Assembly: GCA_017433415.1 (NCBI GenBank)
Contig: JAFRHI010000005.1
Coordinates: 6,516 to 70,515 of the forward strand
From: Bacilli bacterium
Lineage (GTDB): Bacteria > Bacillota_I > Bacilli_A > RF39 > UBA660
Length of the DNA stretch: 64,000 nt
Reading direction: 5' to 3'
The translations under genes were made by a program, and so were the position numbers. How positions within the stretch are numbered: position 1 is the stretch's first letter; every line of letters starts with the position of its first letter. Below, piece after piece: positions 36,824 through 46,385 of the stretch. The notes beneath the pieces are model-generated. The model was given only the letters and a program-made list of their open reading frames with translations, did no database searches and was not told the DNA's origin.

Positions 36824-38017
36824 TTATTCATCTGCTAGATTATCAAAATATCCTTGAATAAATACAACAGGAGTACCTTTGTCACCACTACCACTAGTTA
36901 AATCACATAAAGATCCAATTAAGTCAGTAAGTCTTCTAGGAGTTGTACCTTGTGTTATCATTTGACCTTTCAAATTAGCTTCTTTTTTTCTTATTTCTTC
37001 TTTAATGGCTTCTTTTAGTTCATCTCCGTGAAGATCAGGAAATTTATTATCAGAAACAAACTTAAGTTTTATTTCGTTAGGAGTGCCTTCAAGACCAGAA
37101 GTATAAGCTGGAGAGACTACAGGATCAGCAAGTTCCCATATTTTACCAACTGGATCTTTAAAAGCTCCGTCCCCATATACCATTACCTCAATAGTTTTAC
37201 CAGTTTTTTCTTTTAATTTTTTTTGAATATTATCAACTAATTCTTGTCCATGTTCTGGGAACAATTTAATTCTCTCTTCAGTAGATTTGTTAGAACCTAG
37301 TAATCCATATTTAGAATTATACCCAGACCCGTCAATAGAAGAAGTTAATATTTCATCCATACCTAATACTTTATTAGCACCAGCATTTTTAAGTTTCTTC
37401 TTAGTTCTTTCACGATCATGAATATTACAAACAATTACATCCTTTGTATAATCAAGAATTATATTGGCGTTATTTCCAAATACAAATTCAATTTCACAAT
37501 TTTCTTTATTAACTAATTCTCTAAAAAAATCAACATAATTAATTCCTGTAAAAGGATGGACTAAATCACCAAACAATTCTTGATATTTATCTTCAGATAG
37601 AACATCAATATATGGATTTAAATTATGTTTATCCATCTCTTCCTCAACGAAGAGTTCATTTCCAACTTCATCTCTTGGATAACTAAGTAACATAGTTATT
37701 TTCTTGCATCCTCTAGCAAAACCTTTTAATAATAGCGAAAAGCGGTTTCTACTCATAGGAGTCGGAAAAACCACACCTAAATGATCAGAATTAAACTTAT
37801 TCTTTATATCTTTTGCAATATCATCAACACTTGCATAATTACCTTGACTGATTCCTACAACAGCTTCTGTTACTGCTACTACATCACGATCATTAAATTC
37901 AAATCCTTCACTTTCTTTTGCTTTCATTAAAGAATCAACAACAATATCTTCTAAATTATCACCATCTTTAATGATAGGAGTACGAATTCCACGTACTACA
38001 GTACCAACACTTCTCAT
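36824..38017 (-). CDS. F420-0:gamma-glutamyl ligase (CofE)-family protein, function unclear
   Basis: About 397 aa. The N-terminal MRSVGTVVRGIRTPIIKDGDNLEDIVV...VVAVTEAVVGISQGN is CofE-fold-like. The start is ATG 38015-38017, behind a GGAAGGTGAT RBS. Confidence 0.55.
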   Translation of the reverse strand: MRSVGTVVRGIRTPIIKDGDNLEDIVVDSLMKAKESEGFEFNDRDVVAVTEAVVGISQGNYASVDDIAKDIKNKFNSDHLGVVFPTPMSRNRFSLLLKGFARGCKKITMLLSYPRDEVGNELFVEEEMDKHNLNPYIDVLSEDKYQELFGDLVHPFTGINYVDFFRELVNKENCEIEFVFGNNANIILDYTKDVIVCNIHDRERTKKKLKNAGANKVLGMDEILTSSIDGSGYNSKYGLLGSNKSTEERIKLFPEHGQELVDNIQKKLKEKTGKTIEVMVYGDGAFKDPVGKIWELADPVVSPAYTSGLEGTPNEIKLKFVSDNKFPDLHGDELKEAIKEEIRKKEANLKGQMITQGTTPRRLTDLIGSLCDLTSGSGDKGTPVVFIQGYFDNLADE

Positions 38018-38132
38018 ACAATCACCTTCCATTATAATTTTAACAAACTAATTTTTTAAAATCTATACTAATATTATAATTTACTTATAAAATTAAAAAT
38101 GCTATACTATAAAACGAAAGAAGAGGGATATT

Positions 38133-39233
38133 ATGAGTTTAACAGCAGGAATTGTAGGACTTCCTAATGTTGGAAAATCAACATTATTTAACGCAATAAC
38201 TAATCAAAAAATTTTAGCCGAGAATTATCCATTCGCAACAATTGAACCAAATGTTGGAGTAGTAACAGTACCTGATGAAAGAATGGATAAGCTAAAGGAA
38301 ATGTATAATCCAGAAAGATTTATACCAACAGCCTATGAATTCACAGATATAGCAGGTTTAGTAAAAGGAGCCTCAAAAGGAGAAGGTCTTGGGAATAAGT
38401 TTTTATCACACATAAGAGAGGTAGATGCAATTGTTGAAGTGGTTAGATGCTTTGATGACGGGAAAATAATACATGTTGAAGGAGATATAGATCCAATCCG
38501 AGATATAGAAACAATTAATCTAGAATTAGCAATTGCTGATTTAGATGTAATAAATAATAGATTAGAAAGAGTTTCTAAAAAAGCTCGAACTACTAAAAAC
38601 AAAGATGATCTTCTAGAAGTAGAAGTATTAGAAAAATGTAAAAAATCTCTAGAAGAAAACAAACCAATTAGACAAATAAATCTTAGTGAAGAAGAACAAA
38701 AAGTAATAAAGTCATATAGTTTTTTAACACAAAAACCAATTATTTATCTAGCTAATATTAAAGAAAGTGAATTAGGACAACAAGAAAACGAATATGTTGC
38801 ACAAGTAAAAGAATATGCAGATAAAGAAAAAGCTCGAGTTGTTAGCCTTTGTGCCAAAGTAGAAGAAGAACTAAGTGAATTAACAGAAGAAGATAAAAAA
38901 GAAATGTTAGAAGGATTAGGAATAGACATATCTGGACTAGATAAACTAATAAAAGCAACATATGATATCTTAGGATTAGCGACATATTTTACTGTAGGAA
39001 AAGATGAAGTAAGAGCTTGGACCTTTAAAAAAGGTATGAATGCTAAAGAATGTGCAGGAATAATTCATACTGACTTTGAAAAAGGCTTTATTAGAGCAGA
39101 AGTAATATCATATGAAGATTTAATAAAATATGGTTCTGAAATAAAAGTAAAAGAAGCTGGAAAAGCCCGCCTTGAAGGAAAAGATTATTTAATGCAAGAT
39201 GGAGACATTTGTCACTTCAGATTTAACGTATAA
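38133..39233 (+). CDS. ychF: redox-regulated ribosome-binding ATPase YchF
   Basis: 366 aa with G1 GLPNVGKSTLFNA and a C-terminal TGS-like domain (QDGDICHFRFNV). Confidence 0.95.
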   Translation: MSLTAGIVGLPNVGKSTLFNAITNQKILAENYPFATIEPNVGVVTVPDERMDKLKEMYNPERFIPTAYEFTDIAGLVKGASKGEGLGNKFLSHIREVDAIVEVVRCFDDGKIIHVEGDIDPIRDIETINLELAIADLDVINNRLERVSKKARTTKNKDDLLEVEVLEKCKKSLEENKPIRQINLSEEEQKVIKSYSFLTQKPIIYLANIKESELGQQENEYVAQVKEYADKEKARVVSLCAKVEEELSELTEEDKKEMLEGLGIDISGLDKLIKATYDILGLATYFTVGKDEVRAWTFKKGMNAKECAGIIHTDFEKGFIRAEVISYEDLIKYGSEIKVKEAGKARLEGKDYLMQDGDICHFRFNV

Positions 39234-39254
39234 AAAAAGAGCTTAAGCTCTTTT
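39232..39254. terminator. bidirectional terminator after ychF
   Basis: The palindrome AGAGCTT/AAGCTCT is flanked by an A-run and a T-run. Confidence 0.7.
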
Positions 39255-40059
39255 ATTTTTCACTGATTTCATACTCATCTGCATAAGGTTTAACAACATT
39301 ATCATATACTTCTTCTAAACTACCATAACCATAATAATAAGAAGATCCATCATCACCAAAATGATATTCTGGTGCTTGTAACTTTCCGTTTGCTAAATCA
39401 AATGATAAACTTTCTTTATCAACATCACTATAAACTATTGGCATATATAAAGTATATTGACTTTCTTGATGAAAGAAATCTTTATAGATACCTTTAAGTA
39501 CAATGATAAGATAATTGTTACCGTCTTTATATGCAACATAAATTTTTTCTTTTTCTAAATCACCGTCAAGCATATAACTATGTTGCGCATTATTAACACC
39601 CTTTGCCGTATGACTGATTTCCATTTTAGCATCAGAGTAAATAGAATCAACATCGTGATTTGATAATTCACTGGCATTGGTTAATAATTTTTCACTATCA
39701 TCCTCTTCTTCTTTAATCATATTTGATATAGGATTTTTACTAGAATTATTTTTATTATTAGATATTTGCTTATAAGCGCTGACTCCTATAATGATAAACA
39801 TAGCAAGTACGAATAAGCCAATTAATGCCCCAATAATATAATGTCCAATAACTACCCCACCAAAAATTTTTGCAGCTGTACTAGCAGTTCCTTTTAGTTC
39901 ACTTAGATTAAATTGTTCAGCAATATCAGCCACATTTATATTACTGTCTCTCTCAATTTCAAAAGCTCTATGACAATACTGACATTTACAACTCTTATCA
40001 GTATCATTAAACTCTAAACTTGCGCCACAATTAGGACATTTCTTCTCAATTAATCGCAT
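39253..40059 (-). CDS. zinc-ribbon membrane protein, hypothetical
   Basis: 268 aa with an N-terminal CPNCG...CQYCH zinc ribbon, one TM helix (IFGGVVIGHYIIGALIGLFVLAMFIIIGV) and an uncharacterised extracytoplasmic domain. Confidence 0.5.
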   Translation of the reverse strand: MRLIEKKCPNCGASLEFNDTDKSCKCQYCHRAFEIERDSNINVADIAEQFNLSELKGTASTAAKIFGGVVIGHYIIGALIGLFVLAMFIIIGVSAYKQISNNKNNSSKNPISNMIKEEEDDSEKLLTNASELSNHDVDSIYSDAKMEISHTAKGVNNAQHSYMLDGDLEKEKIYVAYKDGNNYLIIVLKGIYKDFFHQESQYTLYMPIVYSDVDKESLSFDLANGKLQAPEYHFGDDGSSYYYGYGSLEEVYDNVVKPYADEYEISEK

Positions 40060-40159
40060 ATTAATACCACCTTTTCACAAACATTATAACACAAAACAAT
40101 AATAAAAAAAGTTAATTTCAAAAAAATATAGACATTTTCATATTTTATTGTTATAATAC

Positions 40160-40215
40160 CTTCGAGTATTTCAATACTCCTTGCTGCAATTGCAGCCTAA
40201 TGTCCAAAAGGAGGT
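40160..40215 (+). promoter_or_regulatory. structured 5' UTR of the rpsF-ssb-rpsR operon (possible S6:S18 autoregulatory leader)
   Basis: An extended -10 (TGTTATAAT) lies near 40149-40157. Two hairpins follow: GAGTAT-ttca-ATACTC (40164-40179) and GCTGC-aatt-GCAGC (40183-40196), just before the RBS. I did not verify assignment to the published rpsF leader motif. Confidence 0.3.
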
Positions 40216-40221
40216 GCAAGA

Positions 40222-40509
40222 ATGAATAAATATGAAATAATGTTTATCGTTAGACCAGACATGGAGGAAGCTGAAATTAGAAAAACAGCTGACAGCATGA
40301 AAAAGGTTTTAACTGATGCTAAAGCAAAAGTTTTAGAAGAAAAAGCAATGGGACAACGAGAATTAGCTTATGAAATAAAAAAGTTTAATACTGGATATTA
40401 CTATTTATTCGTAGTAGAAGCTAGTAGAGAAGCAGAACAAGAATTTAATCGTGTTGCTAGAATTAATGAAAACTTACTTCGTCATTTAATCGTAAAAGTA
40501 GAAGAGTAA
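40222..40509 (+). CDS. rpsF: 30S ribosomal protein S6
   Basis: 95 aa starting MNKYEIMFIVRPD. The rpsF-ssb-rpsR order is conserved. Confidence 0.95.
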   Translation: MNKYEIMFIVRPDMEEAEIRKTADSMKKVLTDAKAKVLEEKAMGQRELAYEIKKFNTGYYYLFVVEASREAEQEFNRVARINENLLRHLIVKVEE

Positions 40510-40529
40510 GAGAAAATAAGAGGTAATTT

Positions 40530-41009
40530 ATGAATAAAGTTTTTTTAATAGGAAGATTAACAAGAGATCCTGAACTAAGATATACTGGCAATAATACTGC
40601 TGTTGCAACTTTTTCTTTAGCAGTTAATAGAAATTTTTCTAACCAACAAGGAGAAAGAGAAGCTGATTTTATTAATATAGTTGTTTGGAGAAAACAAGCT
40701 GAAAATGTTAAAAATTATTTAACACAAGGAAGTCAAGTTGCTATTGATGGTAGAATTCAAACAAGAAGTTACGATGATAATAATGGTCAAAAGAGATATG
40801 TTACAGAAGTAGTTGCTGATAATGTTGAATTTTTAGGATCAAAAAATTCCTCAAGTAATTCTAATAATATGAATGACTCTGGAAATAAAGAGCCAACACC
40901 TTATGACTTTGGCGATGCCAAAGAACCAAAGGGAACAGACGTAGACAGTAACCCATTCGCAGATTTTGGTTCAAGTATCGAAATAAGCGATGATGAGTTA
41001 CCATTCTAA
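40530..41009 (+). CDS. ssb: single-stranded DNA-binding protein
   Basis: 159 aa with an OB fold ([19 protein letters not shown]) and the acidic tail DDELPF. Confidence 0.95.
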   Translation: MNKVFLIGRLTRDPELRYTGNNTAVATFSLAVNRNFSNQQGEREADFINIVVWRKQAENVKNYLTQGSQVAIDGRIQTRSYDDNNGQKRYVTEVVADNVEFLGSKNSSSNSNNMNDSGNKEPTPYDFGDAKEPKGTDVDSNPFADFGSSIEISDDELPF

Positions 41010-41023
41010 AAAGGAGGATTATC

Positions 41024-41242
41024 ATGGCAGAATTTAACGGACGTAGAAAGAAAAAAGTATGTTTGATGTGTACTGGTAAAACAGTTGATTATAAAGACCC
41101 TGAAACACTAAAGAGATATATAAATGAAAAAGGAAAAATAGTTCCAAGACGTGTTACAGGAAACTGTGCCTTACATCAAAGATATACTACAATGCAAGTT
41201 AAAAGAGCACGTGCAATAGCACTATTACCATATTCAAAATAA
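41024..41242 (+). CDS. rpsR: 30S ribosomal protein S18
   Basis: 72 aa containing KKKVCLMC...[25 protein letters not shown]. Confidence 0.95.
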   Translation: MAEFNGRRKKKVCLMCTGKTVDYKDPETLKRYINEKGKIVPRRVTGNCALHQRYTTMQVKRARAIALLPYSK

Positions 41243-41243
41243 A

Positions 41244-41266
41244 ATGTAGGAAACTACATTTTTTTT
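41244..41266 (+). terminator. intrinsic terminator after rpsR
   Basis: ATGTAG-gaaa-CTACAT followed by T7. Confidence 0.8.
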
Positions 41267-41343
41267 GTTCAAATAATCTAAGCATATATTAGACAAATAC
41301 TATAAATTATTATATAATAATAATGACATTTATAGGAGGAACT

Positions 41344-42330
41344 ATGGGTATAATAAAAGAAAGAAAAAAACTTAATAAAGAAATAAGAAAAGCAAAAACA
41401 ATTTTCTTAATGGCACATAAAAATTTAGATTTAGATGCCTTAGGCAGTTCTATTGGAATGTACATGATTTTAAAAAGAAGAAAAAAGAATTGTTATTTAA
41501 TAATAGATGATAAAGAACATGAACAAGGTGTAGAAAAAGTCCTAAAAGAACTAGATGGTTGTATAGATATCATTAAAGGTGATGAAGTAAAAGAACACTT
41601 ATATCCAAGAGAATCAAAGAATTTGCTAATAGTATTAGATACCAACAAGTCAGAGTTAGTTCAAAATGAAAAAGTCCTAAACAAAATAGAAAATAAAGTA
41701 GTAATAGATCATCATGATTTAGGAAAAGGAACAATAAAAAATGCTCTAATGATAAATGATAATAAGGTTTCTAGTACTTGTGAAATGATTACTAGTATGA
41801 TTGAATATTATGATGTAGAAATTGATTCATACTATGCCACAATACTATTATCAGGAATCGTCTTAGATACCAACAATTTTACTTTAAATACAACATCAGA
41901 AACATTTTATATATCATATTATTTAACATCTCTAGGAGCAAGCGCTAAAAAAGTTCAATATCTATTAAAACAGGATATTGGTGAATATACAGAAAGACAA
42001 AAATTAATGTCTTCAATAGAGACAATAAACGGAAATATTGCTTTTACAAAAGCAACAGCTAACACTCAATACAGAAGAGAAGATTTAGCTAAAATTGCTG
42101 ATACATTACTATTCTTTAATAACATAGAAGCATCTTTCGTAATAGGAAAAATAAACAAGACAACAATTGGACTTAGTGCTAGAAGTTTAGGAAATTTTGA
42201 TATTGTTAAAATATTAGAAAAATTAGGTGGTGGAGGAGATACATATAATGGTGCTGCCAGATTTGAGGATACAACAATAAGTAAAGTAGAACAAAAACTA
42301 AAAAAATTATTAAAAGAAGAAGGTGAATAG
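41344..42330 (+). CDS. DHH/DHHA1 phosphoesterase (stand-alone, in the gdpP position)
   Basis: About 328 aa from ATG 41344 (RBS AGGAGG). Motifs are HKNLDLDALGS, VLDTN, VIDHHD, GIVLDTNNF and a DHHA1 glycine run LGGGGDTYNGAA. There are no TM, PAS or GGDEF regions. Confidence 0.75.
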   Translation: MGIIKERKKLNKEIRKAKTIFLMAHKNLDLDALGSSIGMYMILKRRKKNCYLIIDDKEHEQGVEKVLKELDGCIDIIKGDEVKEHLYPRESKNLLIVLDTNKSELVQNEKVLNKIENKVVIDHHDLGKGTIKNALMINDNKVSSTCEMITSMIEYYDVEIDSYYATILLSGIVLDTNNFTLNTTSETFYISYYLTSLGASAKKVQYLLKQDIGEYTERQKLMSSIETINGNIAFTKATANTQYRREDLAKIADTLLFFNNIEASFVIGKINKTTIGLSARSLGNFDIVKILEKLGGGGDTYNGAARFEDTTISKVEQKLKKLLKEEGE

Positions 42331-42331
42331 C

Positions 42332-42772
42332 ATGGAAGTTATTTTCATCAAAGATTTAAAAAACCAAGGTAAAAAGGGTCAAGTAAAGAACGTAAAAGAT
42401 GGCTATGCCGAGAACTTTCTTATAAAAAATGGTTATGCTGTAAAAAAGACAAAAGAAAATATGGCAAAATTAAGCCATGAAAAAGCAAAAAAAGCTGCAG
42501 AAGATGCCCAAAATAAGAAACAAGCAGAAGAAATGAAAACAAAACTTGCTAAAGAAGTGCTAGAATTCAAAGTAAAAACTGGTGCTGGAGATAAAGTTTT
42601 TGGAAGTATAAGTATTAAACAAATAAAAGATGCTTTACAAGAAAAAGGATATAAAATAGAAAAAAATATGATTGATCATGATAATTCAATCTCAAGCCTA
42701 GGCTTTCATAATGTTAAAATAAACTTATATCCAGATGTAGAAGCTATAATTAAAGTACATTTAATCAAATAG
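42332..42772 (+). CDS. rplI: 50S ribosomal protein L9
   Basis: MEVIFIKDLKNQGKKGQVKNVKDGYAENFLI is the canonical L9 N-terminus. The start is ATG 42332, behind a GAAGGTGA RBS. Confidence 0.95.
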   Translation: MEVIFIKDLKNQGKKGQVKNVKDGYAENFLIKNGYAVKKTKENMAKLSHEKAKKAAEDAQNKKQAEEMKTKLAKEVLEFKVKTGAGDKVFGSISIKQIKDALQEKGYKIEKNMIDHDNSISSLGFHNVKINLYPDVEAIIKVHLIK

Positions 42773-42782
42773 AGGTGATAAT

Positions 42783-44141
42783 ATGCCGGCCAGAACAATG
42801 CCCAATAATATAGAAGCAGAAGAATCAGTACTAGGTGCTTGTTTCTTGTCTAAATATGCCCTTCAAAAAGCAGCTGAAAGATTAATGCCAGATTCATTTT
42901 ACAATGAAAAAAATGGTAAAATCTTTGCGGCAATGACAGAGTTACAAGACTTAAAAAGTCCTATTGATATTACTACAGTAACAAGTCATTTAAAAAATAA
43001 GAATGAATTATCACTTGTAGGAGGAGTAGAATATTTAACAGAAGTATTAAATTATGTTCCTACAGCAAGTAACATCGATTTTTATATCCAAAGTGTAGAA
43101 GAATCAGCAATACTTAGAAATTTAATTTTAACGGCTGAAGAAATAGCAGCTGAAGGGTATAAAACCGATGAAACAATAAATGAGATATTAGATAATTCTG
43201 AAAAGAAAATTCTAAATATCATTAAAAATAGAAAAACAAGTGAATTTAGAACAATAAAAGATATTTTAGCTAAAACACAATCTGATTTAGAAATGCTATC
43301 AGAAAGAAAAGGAGATATAACAGGTTTAGCAACAGGCTGGTATGATTTTGATAGAATTACAACAGGACTACATCCTAATGAATTCATAATATTAGCAGCA
43401 AGACCAGCAGTAGGAAAAACTGCTTTTGCCCTTAATTTAGCCGTTCATGTTGCAATGACACAATCAAAGTCAGTAGCTGTATTTAATATGGAGATGAGTG
43501 CTGAACAATTAGCTATGCGTATTTTAGCATCTTTAGGTCAATTAGATGGATTTAAATTAAAAACAGGTAATCTATTGAATAATGATTGGAAAAGAATAAA
43601 CGAGGCATCAGCCCAGCTTGCTAATACCAATTTAGTTATAGATGATACACCAGGAATTACTATTGGTGAGATAAGAGCAAAATGTCGTCGTCTTGCTAGT
43701 AGTGAAACTGGATTAAGCTTAGTTGTAATTGATTATCTTCAATTGATATCTGGTGGAAAAAATTATGGTGCTAATCGACAACAAGAAGTATCAGATATTT
43801 CGCGTAGTTTAAAAACTCTAGCTATGGAATTAGGAGTACCAATAATTGCTTTATCACAACTATCTCGTGGTGTTGAATCAAGAGAAGATAAACGACCAAT
43901 GATGAGTGACTTACGTGAATCTGGTTCAATTGAACAGGATGCTGATATTGTAATGTTTTTATATCGTGATGATTACTATAATAAAGAAGCTCGTACCGAA
44001 GACAACAATAGTATAATTGAAATAAATATAGCTAAACATCGTACAGGTCCAACCGCAACAATTGAATTATTATTTAAGAAAAACACCCAAACTTTTTTAA
44101 ATTTAAGAAAAGAACATAAGGAGGGGAATCCTAGTGCCTAA
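42783..44141 (+). CDS. dnaB: replicative DNA helicase (DnaB family; DnaC in B. subtilis nomenclature)
   Basis: 452 aa with N-terminal NIEAEESVLG, Walker A ARPAVGKTAFALN and VIDYLQL. Confidence 0.95.
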   Translation: MPARTMPNNIEAEESVLGACFLSKYALQKAAERLMPDSFYNEKNGKIFAAMTELQDLKSPIDITTVTSHLKNKNELSLVGGVEYLTEVLNYVPTASNIDFYIQSVEESAILRNLILTAEEIAAEGYKTDETINEILDNSEKKILNIIKNRKTSEFRTIKDILAKTQSDLEMLSERKGDITGLATGWYDFDRITTGLHPNEFIILAARPAVGKTAFALNLAVHVAMTQSKSVAVFNMEMSAEQLAMRILASLGQLDGFKLKTGNLLNNDWKRINEASAQLANTNLVIDDTPGITIGEIRAKCRRLASSETGLSLVVIDYLQLISGGKNYGANRQQEVSDISRSLKTLAMELGVPIIALSQLSRGVESREDKRPMMSDLRESGSIEQDADIVMFLYRDDYYNKEARTEDNNSIIEINIAKHRTGPTATIELLFKKNTQTFLNLRKEHKEGNPSA

Positions 44142-45627
44142 AAAAATAAAATCAATATTTATCTTACTAGTGATAATATCACTAGTATTCACAACAGGAT
44201 TTACTAAAATGACAATGACTCCTCAAAACGTTTACCGCGTTTATTTAAAAGGAAAATCATTAGGATTGATAAAATCTAAAGCTTCATTAGAAGAATATAT
44301 TGATGAAAAAAATAATGAAATAAAAAAGAAATATAATGTTAAAAAAGTATATGCTCCAGGAGATTTAGATATTCTAAAAGAAATTACATATGAAGATAAT
44401 ATCAAATCAAATGAAGAAATATATAACGAAATAAAAGATATTTCCCCATTCATGATTGATGGCTATGTAATAAAATTAAAGGGATTGGATTCAAAGACAC
44501 CAGAAGGAAAAACAATAGAAGGAAAAGCTCAAACAATCTATGTTTTGGATAAAAAAGTTTTCACAAATGCCATCGAAAAAACAGTAAAGTCTTTTATACC
44601 AACAGAGGAATATGAAAACTACGCAAATGACAACCAAAAAGAAATAGAAGATGTCGGTAAAATAATAGAAAATATTTATATTAAAAACAAAATAACAATT
44701 AAAAAATCTAAAATACCAACAAATACTAAAATATATCAATCAGAAGATGAACTAAGTAAATATCTTCTTTTCGGAACAACCGAAGACCAAGCTAAGTACA
44801 CAATTAAAGAAGGAGATACAATCAGTGATGTAGCTTTTAACAATAGAATATCAGTTCAAGAATTCTTAATAGCTAATCCAAATTTACAGGATGAAAATAG
44901 CTTGTTATCACCAGGACAAGAAGTAACTTTAGGTATCTTAAAACCACAATTTAGTGTTGTTGAAGAAGATCATGTAGTATTAAGAGAAGAAAAAAATTAT
45001 ACTTCTGAAACAAGATATGATAATGATAAATATGTTGGTTATGAAGAAGTTATTCAAGCTGGAGTAAAGGGTGAAAATAAAGTTACTCAAAAAGTTCAAA
45101 AAATAAATGGTGAAATGGTTAATGCTGTTACAATTTCAACGGAAGTAATTAAAGAACCTATTAATGAAATAATAGTCAAAGGTGGAAAACAAACAAGTTA
45201 TTATGGCCGTGGTTATGGTAATGTAATCGCCACAAAAGGACAATGGGGCTGGCCAGCATCTTGCGCAACAGTTTCCAGTGGCTTTGGCTGGCGTTGGGGA
45301 GTATTACACGATGGAACAGATATAGCTGGTTGTGGATATGGTTCAAATATTTTCGCAGCTCAAGCAGGAACTGTAGTAGTATCATCTGTCAAAAGCGATA
45401 ATGGTCAATATATAGTAATAGATCACCACAACGGAATGTACACTATGTATGCCCACCTTTGTGAAGGATGTAGATATGTCCACGAAGGCGATTATGTAGA
45501 AAAAGGACAAGTAATAGGTGGAATGGGACGTACTGGAGCCGCAACAGGAGTTCACCTTCATTTTGCTATCTGGCAAGGATATCCATATCGTGGAGGAGTT
45601 GCACTAGATGCAATGCAATTCTATTAA
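44134..45627 (+). CDS. membrane-anchored LysM/G5/M23 peptidoglycan metalloendopeptidase
   Basis: 497 aa with a signal anchor, LysM (YTIKEGDTISDVAFNNRISVQEFLIANP) and a G5-like segment (AGVKGENKVTQKVQKINGEMV...IIVKG). The M23 catalytic motifs HDGTDIA and HLHFAI are intact. The start is GTG, behind an AAGGAGGGG RBS. Confidence 0.8.
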   Translation: MPKKIKSIFILLVIISLVFTTGFTKMTMTPQNVYRVYLKGKSLGLIKSKASLEEYIDEKNNEIKKKYNVKKVYAPGDLDILKEITYEDNIKSNEEIYNEIKDISPFMIDGYVIKLKGLDSKTPEGKTIEGKAQTIYVLDKKVFTNAIEKTVKSFIPTEEYENYANDNQKEIEDVGKIIENIYIKNKITIKKSKIPTNTKIYQSEDELSKYLLFGTTEDQAKYTIKEGDTISDVAFNNRISVQEFLIANPNLQDENSLLSPGQEVTLGILKPQFSVVEEDHVVLREEKNYTSETRYDNDKYVGYEEVIQAGVKGENKVTQKVQKINGEMVNAVTISTEVIKEPINEIIVKGGKQTSYYGRGYGNVIATKGQWGWPASCATVSSGFGWRWGVLHDGTDIAGCGYGSNIFAAQAGTVVVSSVKSDNGQYIVIDHHNGMYTMYAHLCEGCRYVHEGDYVEKGQVIGGMGRTGAATGVHLHFAIWQGYPYRGGVALDAMQFY

Positions 45628-46384
45628 AATGCAGTTTAAAACAATTGCTAGCGGTTCAAAAGGAAATTGTACAATTATCTTATGTGGAAATACAAATTTA
45701 ATTATTGATATGGGAATTTCCTACTTAACTTTAAAAAGAAGTTTAGAAGAAAATTCCCTTTCTTTTAATGACTTTTCAGGTATATTAGTAACACATAATC
45801 ATAGTGATCACATCAAAGGATTAGCATCACTAATAAGTAAAACATCACTACCTGTTTATATCCCAGAAGATATGTATGATGGCCTAAAAGAAAAAGTCCC
45901 ATATTCAAAATGTATATTTGTAGAAGATAAATTTCTAATCAACGATGTTGAAATAGAACTAATTCACACTTCACATGATGCTCCTTCATCAGTTGGATAT
46001 GTCATAAATTATAACGACAAAAGCATGGTGTATGTTACAGATACTGGTTATATAAATAGGAAATATCTTGCTAAAATGGTAGGAAAAGATGCTTATATAA
46101 TAGAGAGTAATCATGATGAAGTAATGCTGATGGATGGACCATACCCTAGATTTTTAAAAGAAAGGGTTATAAGTGATAAAGGGCATCTATCTAACAAAAC
46201 AACAGCTAAATATTTAAAAAAAATAATAGGTCCAAATACAAAGACAATTGTTCTTGCTCATTTAAGCGAGAAAAACAATACAGAGGAAAAAGCTCTTTCT
46301 GCAATAAGTGCAGAGGAATTACCTAACTATATTAACATTCATATCGCAAGACAAAATGAAGAAGGACCACTTATAGAGGTGTAA
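45608..46384 (+). CDS. MBL-fold metallo-hydrolase, YycJ/WalJ-like
   Basis: 258 aa with the HxHxDH motif (THNHSDHIKG). The ATG at 45608 has GGAGGAG 9 nt upstream. An alternative start at 45629 (MQFKTIASGSKGN) aligns better with WalJ N-termini. Confidence 0.8.
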   Translation: MQCNSIKMQFKTIASGSKGNCTIILCGNTNLIIDMGISYLTLKRSLEENSLSFNDFSGILVTHNHSDHIKGLASLISKTSLPVYIPEDMYDGLKEKVPYSKCIFVEDKFLINDVEIELIHTSHDAPSSVGYVINYNDKSMVYVTDTGYINRKYLAKMVGKDAYIIESNHDEVMLMDGPYPRFLKERVISDKGHLSNKTTAKYLKKIIGPNTKTIVLAHLSEKNNTEEKALSAISAEELPNYINIHIARQNEEGPLIEV

Positions 46385-46385
46385 T

